Below, one piece after another: positions 25,330-38,502 of a stretch of DNA of 64,000 nt. Below the pieces are notes generated by a model. The model searched no databases, had not been told where the DNA came from, and saw nothing but the letters and a program-made list of their open reading frames with translations. A program made the translations under genes and the position numbers. The DNA is from Octopus sinensis (lineage: Eukaryota). The DNA lies in NCBI RefSeq assembly GCF_006345805.1, contig NC_042999.1, positions 114,328,001 to 114,392,000 of the forward strand. Direction: 5' to 3'. Numbering within the stretch: the stretch's first letter is position 1; each line of letters opens with the position of its first letter.

Positions 25330-25730
25330 GAATTAAATTTATGTCAAGTAACTCTAAAATTAAAAATTCTATATACCAGTGTATAATCAGTACTCGTAAT
25401 TAGTACGATTTTACATTGGAAGCACGTCGTTAGAGTTCTCTAAAATAATTTCTATCCATTACTCAACATTTAGGGATAGGAATAAACGTAACAATACTGG
25501 ACTCAGTAAATTAATTTGGGCTCTAAAAGACCACAATGAACAATTTAATTTAGAATGGTTGATTTTCTCAATCTCGATACCTTATGACAAAGGCAAGGAA
25601 TTCTGTCTTCTCTGTAATTCTGAACTATTTTTCATTATTTTTTCTAAAAAACCTCCCGGTAAATACGGTTATAGAGCGTGCATACCGATGTAAACAGTGG
25701 CAAAAACACACCTTTAGTTCATATAAGTAA
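25330..25730 (+). pseudogene. Penelope-like element GIY-YIG endonuclease C-terminal relic
   Basis: With frameshifts it reads NSIYQC...YIGSTSLEF....HYSTF....NNTGLSKLIWALK......W.I......PY.....CLLC..E.....N..E...RC.., the layout of PLE GIY-YIG domains. Confidence 0.8.
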
Positions 25731-25832
25731 TCTCTATCATTATATATAATTTAATCATTAATTTTCTTTTTACATTTAACATTCACTAAAATAATATCCC
25801 TTCTCTTTCTATAGGCTACTTCTGACGTTATA

Positions 25833-27124
25833 CGAGGGGCGTTCAATAAGTAATGCTTCTGACCCACTTGCCATTGTTTGATCTAGCTGTAATTTTGCAT
25901 GTGCAATCATTTATATTTCTATAGATTACGTGGCAAATTACAGCTCCGAACTAATTGTGGTTTCTGAATTACAGGTGTTTGAAATGAGTCAAGTGGGAAA
26001 TGGAGCCTGTTGAGTGTCGAGCAGTGATCCGTTTTTTGTATTTGAAATGACGCACACCACAGGAGACTTTTGATGAAATGAAAGTAACTTATGGTGATGA
26101 TGCCCCATCATATGACCTTGTAAAACGCTGGCATCGTGAATTCAAACATGGTCGGAACTCTGTGGAAACAGCTCCCAGATCTGGTCGCACCCCTTCTGCC
26201 ATTGATGAGGCATCTGTCCGTCAAGTTGAGGCTGCCATTTTGAAAGATCGACGCATAACTATTCGCCATATAGCCCATGAGGTCAAGATTAGTACCGGGT
26301 CTGTGGAAACTATCATTCATGACCATTTGCATATGCAAAAGGTGTCTGCCAGATGGATTTCCAGGTTGCTCACAGCTTTCCAGAAGCAAGAACGCATTGA
26401 GTGCTCGAGGATGAATTTGGAGATGTGCCAAGAAGATGAGTCAAAATTTTTCAAAAGACTGATTACACAGGATGAGACCTGGGTCCATCACTATGATCCA
26501 GAAACCAAAGCCCAGCCAATGCAGTGGAAGCACCATGACTCACCTCATCCAAAGAAGGCAAGGGTGCAGCCCTCCGCTGGCAAGGTCATGCTCACAGTCT
26601 TCTGGGACCAGGACGGAGTAGTGATGACAGCTTTCCTGGCAAAGGGTACCACAATTACAGGAGCCTATCATGCTTCACTTTTGAGGAAATTAAGAGAAGC
26701 TATCAAAACCAAGAGGCGGGGCAAGATCAGCAAAGGCATCCTCCTCCTGCAGGACAACGTTCCGGTCCACAACTCGCGTGTCGCCAGATCAGAAGCACAG
26801 GCGTGCGGCTATGAACTCTTCCCCCATCCCCCTACTCTCCTGACCTTGCACCCTCTGATTTTCACCTCTTCCCAGCCATGAAGTTGTTTTTGAAAGGAAA
26901 GCGTTTCCCAGACGATGCAGCCTTGATTTCTGAAGTCACGTCGTGGCTGGAGGACCAAGCTGGGGTCTTCTACGAAAACGGTCTCCAGAGCTGCATCAAA
27001 CGATGGGAGAAATGCGTAACTCTGGGTTGTTCCTATGTAGAAAAAGACTAATAACTGTGCCAAGTTTCGTTGCTCTACTGCTATGGGAAGTGGATCAAGG
27101 GCATTACTTATTGAACGCCCCTCG
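25833..27124 (+). mobile_element. Full-length mariner transposon (1292 bp)
   Basis: TIR cgaggggcgttcaataagtaatgc / gcattacttattgaacgcccctcg, with a TA TSD at 25831-25832 and 27125-27126. Confidence 0.95.
26000..27051 (+). pseudogene. mariner DD34D transposase, disabled by one early stop (~26048) and a frameshift (~26830)
   Basis: MEPVECRAVIRFLYLK*..., WISRLL, QDETW, LQDN, then YSPDLAPSDF in a shifted frame, ending RWEKCV...YVEKD*. Confidence 0.92.
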
Positions 27125-27259
27125 TATCATAAAACGTTTTTTCAAACAAAATTAATAGCGTTCAGTAAATCACTATACATATCCATAATTTTCTGTTAAA
27201 ATGTCTTATTGACGAGTTTCATTTCTTCACTTCCCTGAAGAGACGATTACATTGCTTTA

Positions 27260-28143
27260 CACCATTTATTCCTTTCCGGGAGTATGGCAAAGAGCCAAAT
27301 CCTGCTGCCGCACATATGGCCTCTCAGCAACAACCTTTTCTGGTCAGGTCTGACCACAGTTTCCAGCAGCTTCACGTCGCCGTCTGAATTGAGCCTTGGC
27401 CCTATCCAAAGATGTGGGGCAGCATGACGTCAGCCGTACTGGAGACACACCAAAAACTCATCACAGTTTGAGGGAATTTGGTTTTTATGATACGTGGGAC
27501 GTTACATGGGTCGTAAGTGAGTCACCTATTGTTCTAGATGTTGTGTAGCTGGTCCTGGCAGTTATTTTCATCTGAGAAGAACCAGGTAATCTCCTGCTCA
27601 ACAGGATGTTTTGGCTTGTTCAGGATCTTCGTCAAGCGGTCCCCTTTGCCTTGGCTATCAGAATTTCTCCCTTGCGCCTCTTGTACGAGTGGTAGCGAAA
27701 GTCCTCGTTCAGGGACAGCTTCATAGCAGCAACTCTAACACCTATCTCTCTGACCAAAGCCCGGATTCCCTCGCTCGGATCTTCCATTATCCTGAAATTG
27801 TTGGATAAATTCCGGTGTGCAGAGGCAGTCAGAACGTCTGCTGTGTCCCTTCCTGCTGGCCACGTCTTCGTAGTGTCCACTACAGCTGTTTACGTCTTAC
27901 TGCCTTTACAGTGTTCACAGAGCATTGAGTAACAGTCATGAGGTGGGCGTTTTGATACCTGGTATGAATCATCATGATACAAGTTACTCCATTCCAATTT
28001 TTCAATCCTCAATATCAGTTAACTTTTTCTCAACTACAACTTTAATCTTTATACTCTCCACTGCCATTTGCTGTTTACCAATATATCAAGCTGTTCCTGA
28101 AAAAGGAGAAAAAAAAATCGTGAAATTTAGCCCGAATATCCTG
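27260..28143 (-). mobile_element. Degraded Tc1/mariner (maT/DD37D-like) transposon, 5' part
   Basis: Terminus ta|caggatattcgggctaaattt; minus-strand WFFSDE..., and DFRYHSYKRRKG in the 27632-27880 ORF. Confidence 0.65.
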
Positions 28144-28279
28144 TATACTGTGGAAACCAATTATCGTGAGCACGTGTTGGTGTATCATTTAAGGTAACAA
28201 TAACAAGCTGAACTGATAACATTAAGCATAAGATATAACCACACACACACACACGCACGCGCGTATGCATGTACTATTA

Positions 28280-28341
<62 letters not shown>

Positions 28342-28365
28342 ATGATAATAATAATAATAATAATA

Positions 28366-28400
<35 letters not shown>

Positions 28401-30372
28401 TACAGTATTTTCATATCACCCGCTTTGCCAATCTGTTTCATACAGGAGTTGAGATAATATCGACAATCATCAGAAAAGGCTGAAAAGAACAGTGTGGCAA
28501 AGGTTCAGACACAATGAATCTGAAAAACAAAATTTTCTCACGGATGAATACTTTTAATCATAGGTCTTCCCGATCAAGGCTGATCGGAGGATTAGCAACA
28601 ACGATTGGAAGAAGAGAAAAGTATGGAAAATCCTACATTTTCACTCTGCGACAGGAAAACATCGCAGAGTTGAAATAAACAGACAATTCAGTGAGTGTTT
28701 GTAAAATAAATTCAAGAATATTTTATTACCAAGATACAAACAAACTATAATATAACAGAATATAAATCAGTTGAAGCATTTTTTGTAATTTAAGTCAACT
28801 TGCCCAATTTGAATGTGTAATAAATTTAATGCATATATTAATATGAATCTACCGTGAAAAATGTTAACCACTACACAATCGATGAATTTCTCTTTTATTT
28901 ATGAAACTTTGACTTTTACCAATATTTTTCTGGGTTCATGTTATTAAACATCTGTTGTTTTTAAGCAGAAGAATCTGTTCATTATTACATAAATATCTGT
29001 TAATGTGTGGAGGCGCAGCCCAGCGGACTCGCGGTCGTAGTATCGCGGTTTCGATTCCCAGACCGGGCGTTGTGAGTGTTTATTGAGCCAAAACATCTAA
29101 AGCTCCACGAGGCTCCGGCAGGGGGTGTTGGTGAACCCTGCTGTACCCTTTCACCACAACTTTCTCTCATTCCTTCTTCCTGTTTCTGTTGTACCTGTAT
29201 TTCAAAGGGCCAGCCTTGTCACATTCTGTGTCATGCTGAATCTCCCCGAGAACTACGTTAAGAGTACACGTGTCTGTGGAGTGCTCAGCCACTTGCACGT
29301 TAATAAATGAGCTGCGACGTCACTGGTGCCAAGCTGCATCGGCCTTTGCCTTTCCCTTGGATAACATCGGTGGCGTGGAGAGGGGAGGCTGGTATGTGTG
29401 GGCGACTGCTGGTCTTCCATAAACAACCTTGCCCAGACTTGTACATCGGAGGGTAACTTTCTAGGTGCAATCCCATAATCATTCATGTCAGAAGGGGGTT
29501 ACAACAATCTGTTAATGTTATGCAGATATATGCTAAAGGTGGTGAGCTGGCAGAATCATTAAAGCGTCGAACAAAATGTTTAGCAGTATTTCGTCCGTCT
29601 TTACGTTCTGAGTTCATATTACGCCGAGCTTGACTTGATCTTTCATCCTTTTGGGATCGATTAAATAAGTACCAGTCGTGCACTACGGCCGATGTAATCG
29701 ACTACCCCATCCCTGCAAGAGTTCAAGCCTAGAGTAGAAAAGATTATTTAAACATCTGCTAAAATATCAAATGCAATAATTATTTTACTTGATTAATTAT
29801 TATTTTTTTAATGGATTATATTATCCATCTTCTTGACTTTATATTAAAATTACCCTGAATTAAGTGATATTTGATTATCTCCTTTAAGAAATGACATAAT
29901 TATTTCCCTTACATATCCAATATAATGTTACCCTTCATTTACTGTACTACACAAAAACAGAAACAAACACTGATATCGGAAAGATTTAAATCTTTCCCGT
30001 TTCCCTCGAAATCTCGTCACTAGTGATGCCTAATTTGTGTTCAATATATATAAACCAATAAAGGCGGCGAGCTAGCAGAATCGTTAGATCGCCGGGCAAA
30101 ATGCTTAGCAGTTTTTTCGCCCGTCTTTACGTTCTGAGTTCAAGTTCCACCGAGGTCTACTTTACCTTTTATCCTTTTGAGGTCGATAAATTAAATACCA
30201 ATTGAACACTGAGGACGAAGTAATCGATTTTCCTCCGCCCCCAAAATTGTTGGCTTTGTGCCAAAATTTGAAACCAATGTATATGAACCAATATCAAAGC
30301 AATTACGTATTTCCATACTTGCCCTACTCAAGTAATGCCTAAGTAAGATTCACCACGTCATTGAAGACCTAG

Positions 30373-31121
30373 TGGATCTTTTCTGTTTGACTGCCACTTT
30401 TCAATTTCTTCAATTTTGTTGCAATGGATTTCATATTTAGTGTATTGACGTAGTTTTGTGTGGTAATTATTGACATGAAATTCATTTTCGCCATAAATCA
30501 ATAAATAAAGAGTTAATAGCTTTTAAAGTTTGTAAATTACGAGCAATTTTAGCCAATCGAAAACCACAAACATATCGGTGCCTGTTTCCATAGTAACAAA
30601 CCAACTGTTACCAGGCTGCTTACCCGTCCTATCGAACCACGTGGTCAATTTTTGCTTATTAAATGTTTAAAACACGAGGTATGGGGTAGTTGTGAGATGT
30701 GCTAAAAATGTGCTAAATAGGCCTTAAATCATGCATCAAAGTTTTTTTTGTTTTTGCATAATCGCATGATTTCTCTTATGTGGAATACAAGTTGGCAAAA
30801 ATTTTCTGAAAATTCCAAAAAATGGCGTGGGTAAAGCAAAATCCCGCCAATATTTAATCTGTTTACAGTTTGATATTAAAACACGTGCTATTGTCACAAC
30901 ACGTGCACTCACGTACAAAATGACAGCTTCCAAATCCTGTTTTCTGACTGGGTAAAAATGATCAAACATTAAACCTCTGTAAATTTAAAAAATAGAAAAA
31001 TTCTGGAACAAGTGAATTATGCCCTGAGATACAACGTGAAAAAATACTTCAATAAATCAAGTTTGAAAATTTTCACTTAATTTTAATACTTCAAAAAGTG
31101 CAGCGAAACAGAAAAGATCCA
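30373..31121. mobile_element. Non-autonomous DNA element with TIRs (related partial copy at about 56765-57082)
   Basis: TIR tggatcttttctgttt / aaacagaaaagatcca, flanked on both sides by acctag. Confidence 0.7.
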
Positions 31122-32630
31122 ACCTAGAGACTTTTACTCAGGCATAAATCCATGTATTTATATGAGAAAGGACAGAGACTGTGTAACGTTCATTCATTTC
31201 TTAAACGAACGCACTCCAGTGTCACATGGCATAAAAGAGAAAAGCTCTGTTATTGAATTTAATATTTGAAAACGATATTATATCTTGTGTGAGTATTGGC
31301 AATTCCTTAATATGTCAGAAAATTAGAAATAGCAACAGAAACCAATGCATGGAAACATTTATATTTCATTAATATAATTTGAAATGATATAATCTGATAT
31401 AATATGTATCCAGCCAATAAAGGTTTGAATAACTATCTTTGATAGTCCCACGTTTGAGAATATTGACTATATGATGGCTTGCAATCTTCTAGGCACTTAG
31501 TGTATAGATGTTTGATCTGTTAGTATCAATAAAGAATTAAAAATACGGACGTAATCAAAGCATAGATAAGGCTTTCCCATTGAGATGGATACAAGAATCT
31601 ATGAATGCTTGTGATTTTCCTACGAATCGTATTTACAAAGACATTAAAAATCAGTTGCTAGATTAAATGAATGTCCAGCAATAATAATGACATACAAGAT
31701 TTTATCAGATTTAGTAAAACTAGGAGAGTGTGTAGGAAGTCTTGGAATGGACTCGGGGTGGGAACATTATGATTTCTGCTTTTGATTCATTGAGCATAAG
31801 AAGATCGAAATATGTTCAGTGCATTGTTTGAATAAAGAAGACACTCTGGAGATTTGTCACCAAGCATTTAACTCTGAAAAGGAATGAAATAGATAAGATG
31901 ATTAACCAGTCAGATAGTTATCAGAATGAAAGCCAAACGTCAAATAAACATAAACGTGTACTAAAAGGCAGTAAATGTTAAATATTACCGATCATTAAAT
32001 TTGAATCTTGAGTCACTAACACACACACACACACACTTTCAAATACGCACATATTCACACACACAAGCAATGCGGACTTCTTTCAGTTTTAATCTACCAA
32101 ATCCACTCACAAGTCTTTGGTCGGTCCGGGGCTATAGTAGAAGTCACTTGTCCAAGGTGCCGCATAGTGAGACTGAAACCAAGCTTCTTAACCACACAGC
32201 CACGCGTACGCCTATTATACACACGCACACACACATGCGCGTGTAGATATATGTAATACATGTATACAGAGACTCCGTGATTTCTGTTGAAAGCAGTAGT
32301 TGTATAATTTGTATCTGTAACAGATATGTATATCAACAGATAGTTTTAAAATATCGACTTTTGATAAAGAACAAAACAAATAAATAAAAGGATCTGAAGT
32401 CAGTTCAGAATTATTTCTAAAAGATCGAGTAACTTGTGTTACCTACCTTCCTACCTACCTACCTACCTACCTGCCTACCTAGCTACCTGCCTACCTGCCT
32501 GCCTGCCTACCTACCTACTTACCTACCTACCTACCTACTTACCTACCTACCTGCCTACCTACCTACCTACCTACCTACCTGCCTACCTACCTACCTACCT
32601 ACCTACCTATCTATCTACCTATCTATCTAC

Positions 32631-32713
<83 letters not shown>

Positions 32714-32958
32714 CGTACCTAAGCTAGGAATATATTTATATATTCACACACGAACCCCAACACCCACACACACACAATTCGTACGTACGCTTATGTCGGA
32801 TGAATGAGATACAAATGCCCAATACATGTAGAGAATACGTAATTTTTATTCAGTGAAACTGTGAGTTTGTCTCGCTACTCGAGTTTCATGCCTGAAGATC
32901 GTGACGGTATGAAACTCGAGTCGCACGATAAACTCTTAGTTTCAGTTACAATATGTGT

Positions 32959-33025
<67 letters not shown>

Positions 33026-33469
33026 AAGTATAAATATGTATATATATTTTGTGTGTGTGTGTGAACTGTGTGTGTATGTGTACGTGCGTAAAAATATTTC
33101 AAAGTTTTTGCAAAAACTATTTGATACAGTTACAATATTGAAAGAGAAAATGGAGAGAGAAAATGTGTAAGGATTAATGGCCGAAAGGGACTGAGTGAAT
33201 AGATGGATGTGGAGAGGTATCGAAAGTTCGAGAAGGTAGGAGAGATGAGAGCCCAAGAGAGGCGTGTATATATATAACAACTCGGCCATTACACGCACAA
33301 ACACACACATACACCACATAAGCATATAAGCACGCATATATATATATGTATATATATATACGTTTGAGTGTGTGTTTACACATATACTCACACGCACACA
33401 CATAGTTACATATGTACTCTTGTATGCATTTATATGCAGATACATATCTTACAAGCTAAAGAATGCCAA

Positions 33470-34450
33470 TAAAATTGACAGTAATAGTAGGCTCACCTCA
33501 ACCTGCGTTAGATACATCAAATCTCACAAAGAAGGCTACGCCTTTGTTGTCCAACTAGAAGGGATTGTTACTAAATACCTGATGAGCGAGTGAGATAAGA
33601 ATGCCTCTAGATACTCCTGTTGCGATATAAAACATCAACTGCGTGAAACCAGTCTGGAAGACATAACCCATATCATCATCAGTTGTCTAAAAATGTTGTA
33701 AGGTATTATCACTCCATGAGATATGAAATTATCACTAAAACCGTCTACAATGCCACACGCAGCAAGAAATCGTCTTGACGGCCATACTGAATGCACACCA
33801 GAACCCGGAAGTATCCACATCTTTAAAAATAAAGAATACAACTGGTACATTCCAATCAAAGCACTTCAAATCAGATATTGTTGTATGGTAAAAGTAAAAG
33901 TAAAATTACCATCTGGAGTCACGACGACTCAAAAGGGCCAGTTTCCCGGTTTCATGGTGTCCTCATATCTGGACGGGACACCGATCTGTCGCAGGATTAC
34001 TCATTTTTGCCAATTAAATGGACTGAATAACGGAAAATGAAGTGGTTTGCTCAAGAACACAACGCGTTGCCCGGTCCAGGAATCGAAACCACAATCTTAT
34101 GATCATGTGTCTAACACCCTAACCACTAAACCACACGCCTCCACATTGTTGTATGGGACTTAGAGCAAAGTCATGTCGTGTTGTAGAGATCGGCTGTCCG
34201 GTGGATGTGAATGTCCCATCAAAAATTGGGGAAAAGGACATCTATGAAGAACTAATAACAAACCTGCTGCACTTATGTCTAGGTTATATATTTTCATTTG
34301 TGAATATCACAGGTGCACGGGGCTATGTAACAACAGTTTAAAAATGCTGATGTTCGATATAAAGAACAGCAAACTGATTCTCATTCGCTAAAGATAGCCG
34401 ATTAGAGATACAGAGAAAATTTGTAAAGCATTTCAGGGATTCTCCATTTG
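33470..34450 (+). mobile_element. Degraded 3' end of an R4/Dong-type (restriction-like endonuclease) LINE, split by a SINE
   Basis: EGYAF..Q...TKYL, EDITHII.SC.KM, DIVVW and CRVVEIGCPVDVNV..KI.EK. Confidence 0.7.
33889..34144 (-). mobile_element. tRNA-derived SINE with a 12-bp TSD
   Basis: TSD attgttgtatgg at 33877-33888 and 34145-34156; A/B boxes at the right end on the minus strand; (ttttac)n tail. Confidence 0.85.
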
Positions 34451-36159
34451 ATATTTCTGGGCTTAACACATGCGCACTATCACATCTAGACATAGAATAC
34501 ATTTACCCCGCATATGCAGACTCCGCACGTGCACCCGCACCCATCTGCGCACGCAAGCAGAGACACATACATACACACGGAGGCACATGCACACGCATTC
34601 ACGAACACTCATTCGCGCACGCGCGTACACACATACACATACACACATTATATTGGTAAAATTATGTATTGAGTTCTAATTCCATCGATCTGAACTGTTT
34701 TCTCCCACAAATTCTGTGGACTTGTGCTTAAATAAGAAAGCATTATATAAAATCAAATCAGAAATTCAAAATATATCTTCTTTATATCGGTGCAATTTCA
34801 GGTAAGGAATAATAAATATCTGGGCCAAACGTCACCGTTGCAAGGTTTGGATTTATGTAAAAGGAATTTAAGAAGCATATTTATTACCAACGCGTTGAGC
34901 CAGCGAGTTGGCAGAATCGTTAGCACGTCGGGCACAATGCTTAACAGTATTTCTTTCGATTCACTACGTTCTTAGTTCAAATACTACTGAGGTCAACTTT
35001 GCCTCTCAGTCTATAAAAAAAAAACATCAATCGATTAACTCCCTCCTCCAAAATATAGGCCCTATACCTATATTATAAAAGAAGTTTTATTTCGAACGTG
35101 TCACTAATAATATTTTTCTATATAAAATAAATGATCATATTCTTTAAAATCCTTCATTTTCTGGTTAAAATTCGAAGAAAAGATTTCCTTACTTTTACCT
35201 TTTCTTCCGCGTTCAGTTTCACTTATTCAAATACGTTCTGATAGCAAGAACAATTATTTCCCAGTAATTCATTTATGGTTGAATATTATTATTCAAATGC
35301 ACCATTAGAAAGAAGTTACATCATGTTCGTACCAGTTAGTCTTAATAATAATTCTATCCATAGTTATGGCTATTATATTTGAAGCAGAAGTTTAGTGCTA
35401 CAAAAGTGAATCGTAAGGCCTTACAAGTGATAATAATTATGGCATGTTTACAATGCTGGCGGCTTTCGAAGACAATGAAATAAGTAGCGGAAATCAAAAA
35501 TAAAAATATATATAAAAAAGAGTAATTATATAGCTATTTAATTTATAGAAATACAATGATAATGATGAAACATTAAACCTACAAACAAACAATTGTTGGA
35601 TTTGTATTTACAGCGAAACCTGTCAATTCAAAATGCTCGGTCACAAGCACTAGATAATCGGATGATGTCGACAGAAAGTATTTTGAAAAGCCGCGTCAAT
35701 TCACTGTTGGAGAAGAGTTTTAATTAATGACTCCGTGTTAAATTTCTGCATATAAATCATAATTTTTTCAATTACTGCCTATGATAAAGAAAAAAAAAAA
35801 AAACTACAGTAGGTAGGTGGATAAGTGGTAAAGAACATGGCGTCTTACGTGTCAGTGTGACTTTTCTCATTAAAGCTGAAAGCTAACAAAGAGCTAGAGT
35901 GGGTGTAGTATGGCCCTCAGAATGTCAAGCTCGCAACCCTAAACGTTTATGTTATTTGACTTATGCTTAACTTATATGTGCCACCATGTTCCGAGAAAGA
36001 TCTCTTTTATTTTTTTAATATTGATATTAGTGAGTTAACATAACTGTAAATAGTTACTATGAAACTTGTCTAAGTGACCAATGTAGGCAGTGGAAAACGA
36101 GTGAATGACCGAGTGCTTCGTTATTTTTACTTTGTTGAACTGAAGAGAATTGAGGTTTA

Positions 36160-36710
36160 TGATTTTAGCTCGGGTTTAGGGAAGGTTTTCGGTGCTTCAT
36201 TTTGGTCCAGTCACCGCGAAGAACGTTTTTTATTATTGTACAGAATTTACTTTTCATCGCAAGTTACAATACAGTCAAGAAATGGATCGGTCTGGTTACG
36301 GAGTAGAAGCGTCGAGCAAATTTCATATCAGCGCATTTTCTGATTTTCATTCAAATCGTGTGATACACATTTGTCGAGCTTTTTTGATTTTCCGATCGCA
36401 TGCAAAATAGTTGCAGGCAATTTTCTGGTTAACTTGAAGTTCTTTTCTCGAGTGGTTTTATGTGATTCTTTCTCACTGACAATCTTTAATTGATCGTCAT
36501 CGATGACAGATGAGCGTTCACTACGCTCACGATCTTCAAGGCTCAGGTATCCACTGCAAAATCGTTAAAGCCATTTTCGAGCTGACCACTTACTGGTCAT
36601 TTCCTCACCAAATGTTTCGTTGATATCGCGAGCAGTTTCAGCTGCTTTACGTCTTCTTTTGAAGTTGAATAGCAAAATTGCTCGAATATTGCACTTTGAC
36701 AGTTCCATTT
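36160..36710 (-). pseudogene. mariner transposase N-terminal/central fragment
   Basis: MELSKCNIRAILLFNFKRRRKAAETARDINETFG...W...F..G...LED..RS, and later IVTCDEK*ILYNN. Confidence 0.8.
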
Positions 36711-37553
36711 CAGATGCCTGTAACAACGATTTCTTTATTGCCCACAGGGAGCTAAACATGGAGGGACAGTAAAAAGATGGGCAAAAACACAAAAATGGGG
36801 AAAAAAATAAAACGAATGAGAAGGTTGGTATAAAAAAAAATGAATGGATGAAATGAAGGTCACTCGGACCCCACAATTCAAGTGATCTCATTGAAACTTT
36901 TTAAAAACAATTAAACACTTAATATGTCCATGTTAAATTCTTTAAAAAGTTCATGATAGCTTACCGTTGCCTGCACTCTCCTGGTAGCAATTTCCTTTTG
37001 TGAGATAATGATATTTTTCACAAAAATTAACAACAAACACAATTCAACAATCCTTCAATAACCTCTCGAACGACACACAAACATATTGATGCATTTGGAT
37101 AAGTCTATGTCTATATCATCAGACAATTGCAAAAAAAAAATGTTAAAAAAATTCAAAACTGCAAAAATCCGGTACAAGTTCTTCATGGTTCAAAACGTTG
37201 CTTATTATATTGTTCGAATACCTTGCTGCGCATTTGTTTTGGATTTTTAAATTCCTGGATTTTCCTGAAGAGAATGCTGCAAAATGGTCTCCTTATTCAA
37301 TCCGAATTTGGAAATTTGCGGTCTTTGAAACATGTGTAGAAAATAATAAAAGGAATTCTGTAGAATCTTCGTTCAGCTCCATTTCTTCCCTTCACTAAAT
37401 ATATTAAACTTCAATTATCCGCGCTAAGGCACGGTTGCGACACCCCAAGGTCGTAACTTCAACCGTGTTTTTTCTGTTGTGATTTTTGCTACCCAGGTTT
37501 CGGTTAAATTTTGAAAAATCCTTAACAAGATAATTCATTTATCCATTTCAATA

Positions 37554-37588
<35 letters not shown>

Positions 37589-37668
37589 AATATAGGATAA
37601 AATTTTTTGAAAAAAATGTTATCAATGGCCAGCATATAAATACCTTTAAAGGTTAAATTTATAAATAA

Positions 37669-37861
37669 CTTATAAACAAGAGCAAAAGAAAAAAATTATA
37701 ATGCCAATATGCCGAAACTAGACACATCGTCCAAAACCATATAATTTATAATTTATCATAACCATATAATTTATAGTGATAAATTATATGGTTATGGACG
37801 ATGTGTCTAGTTTCGGCATATTTAGCATTAGAAATTTTTTCTTTTGCCCTTGTTTATAAGT
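37669..37861. repeat. Imperfect palindrome (~80-bp arms) between (TA)n tracts
   Basis: acttataaacaag.gcaaaagaaaaaa...atatgccgaaactagacacatcgtcca.aaccatataattta mirrors 37782-37861. Confidence 0.85.
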
Positions 37862-37868
37862 AGTATAT

Positions 37869-37929
<61 letters not shown>

Positions 37930-37934
37930 ACATG

Positions 37935-37965
<31 letters not shown>

Positions 37966-38450
37966 TGTGTGTGTGTATGCATTAGGATCCTGTCAGGGTA
38001 GAAAATCAGAATATTTTCAATGTAGCGCTTAAACTGAGCTCACAGATTGGTGTCTCGAGAATGATTGAAATTCGACCGGTGTAGAAAATCCAGGTACATC
38101 ACTGGAAAATCCAATGTGTGTTTCTTACGAGGAGTAATATATAATGCTAATAATAAGAAGAAAGAGTTTAGCACATCTTTAATACTAATTACAAAGTGTT
38201 TCGGTACTACTCTGTTGTAAACGCTATTGCACACAAAGACATTGTGCCAATGTAAGAGCGCACCTTTTGATGCAAGCCTGATTAAGCGGCACTCTAACGT
38301 AATCAACTACAAATATTACGAAACTTTTCACATGAAATCATTTACGTGTAATGGCGCTAAAAGCGGAGTGGTACCGAAGCAACAGTAATTAGTATTAAAA
38401 ATGTGGTAAACTCTTTCTTCGCTTTCTTATTTGGATATCACACACACACA

Positions 38451-38502
<52 letters not shown>

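Noticed and set aside
35980-35988. Perfect Kozak context gccaccATG on the + strand
   Set aside because: It is followed by only a short ORF with no donor site, and the ATG is not conserved in the paralogous copy near 40050.
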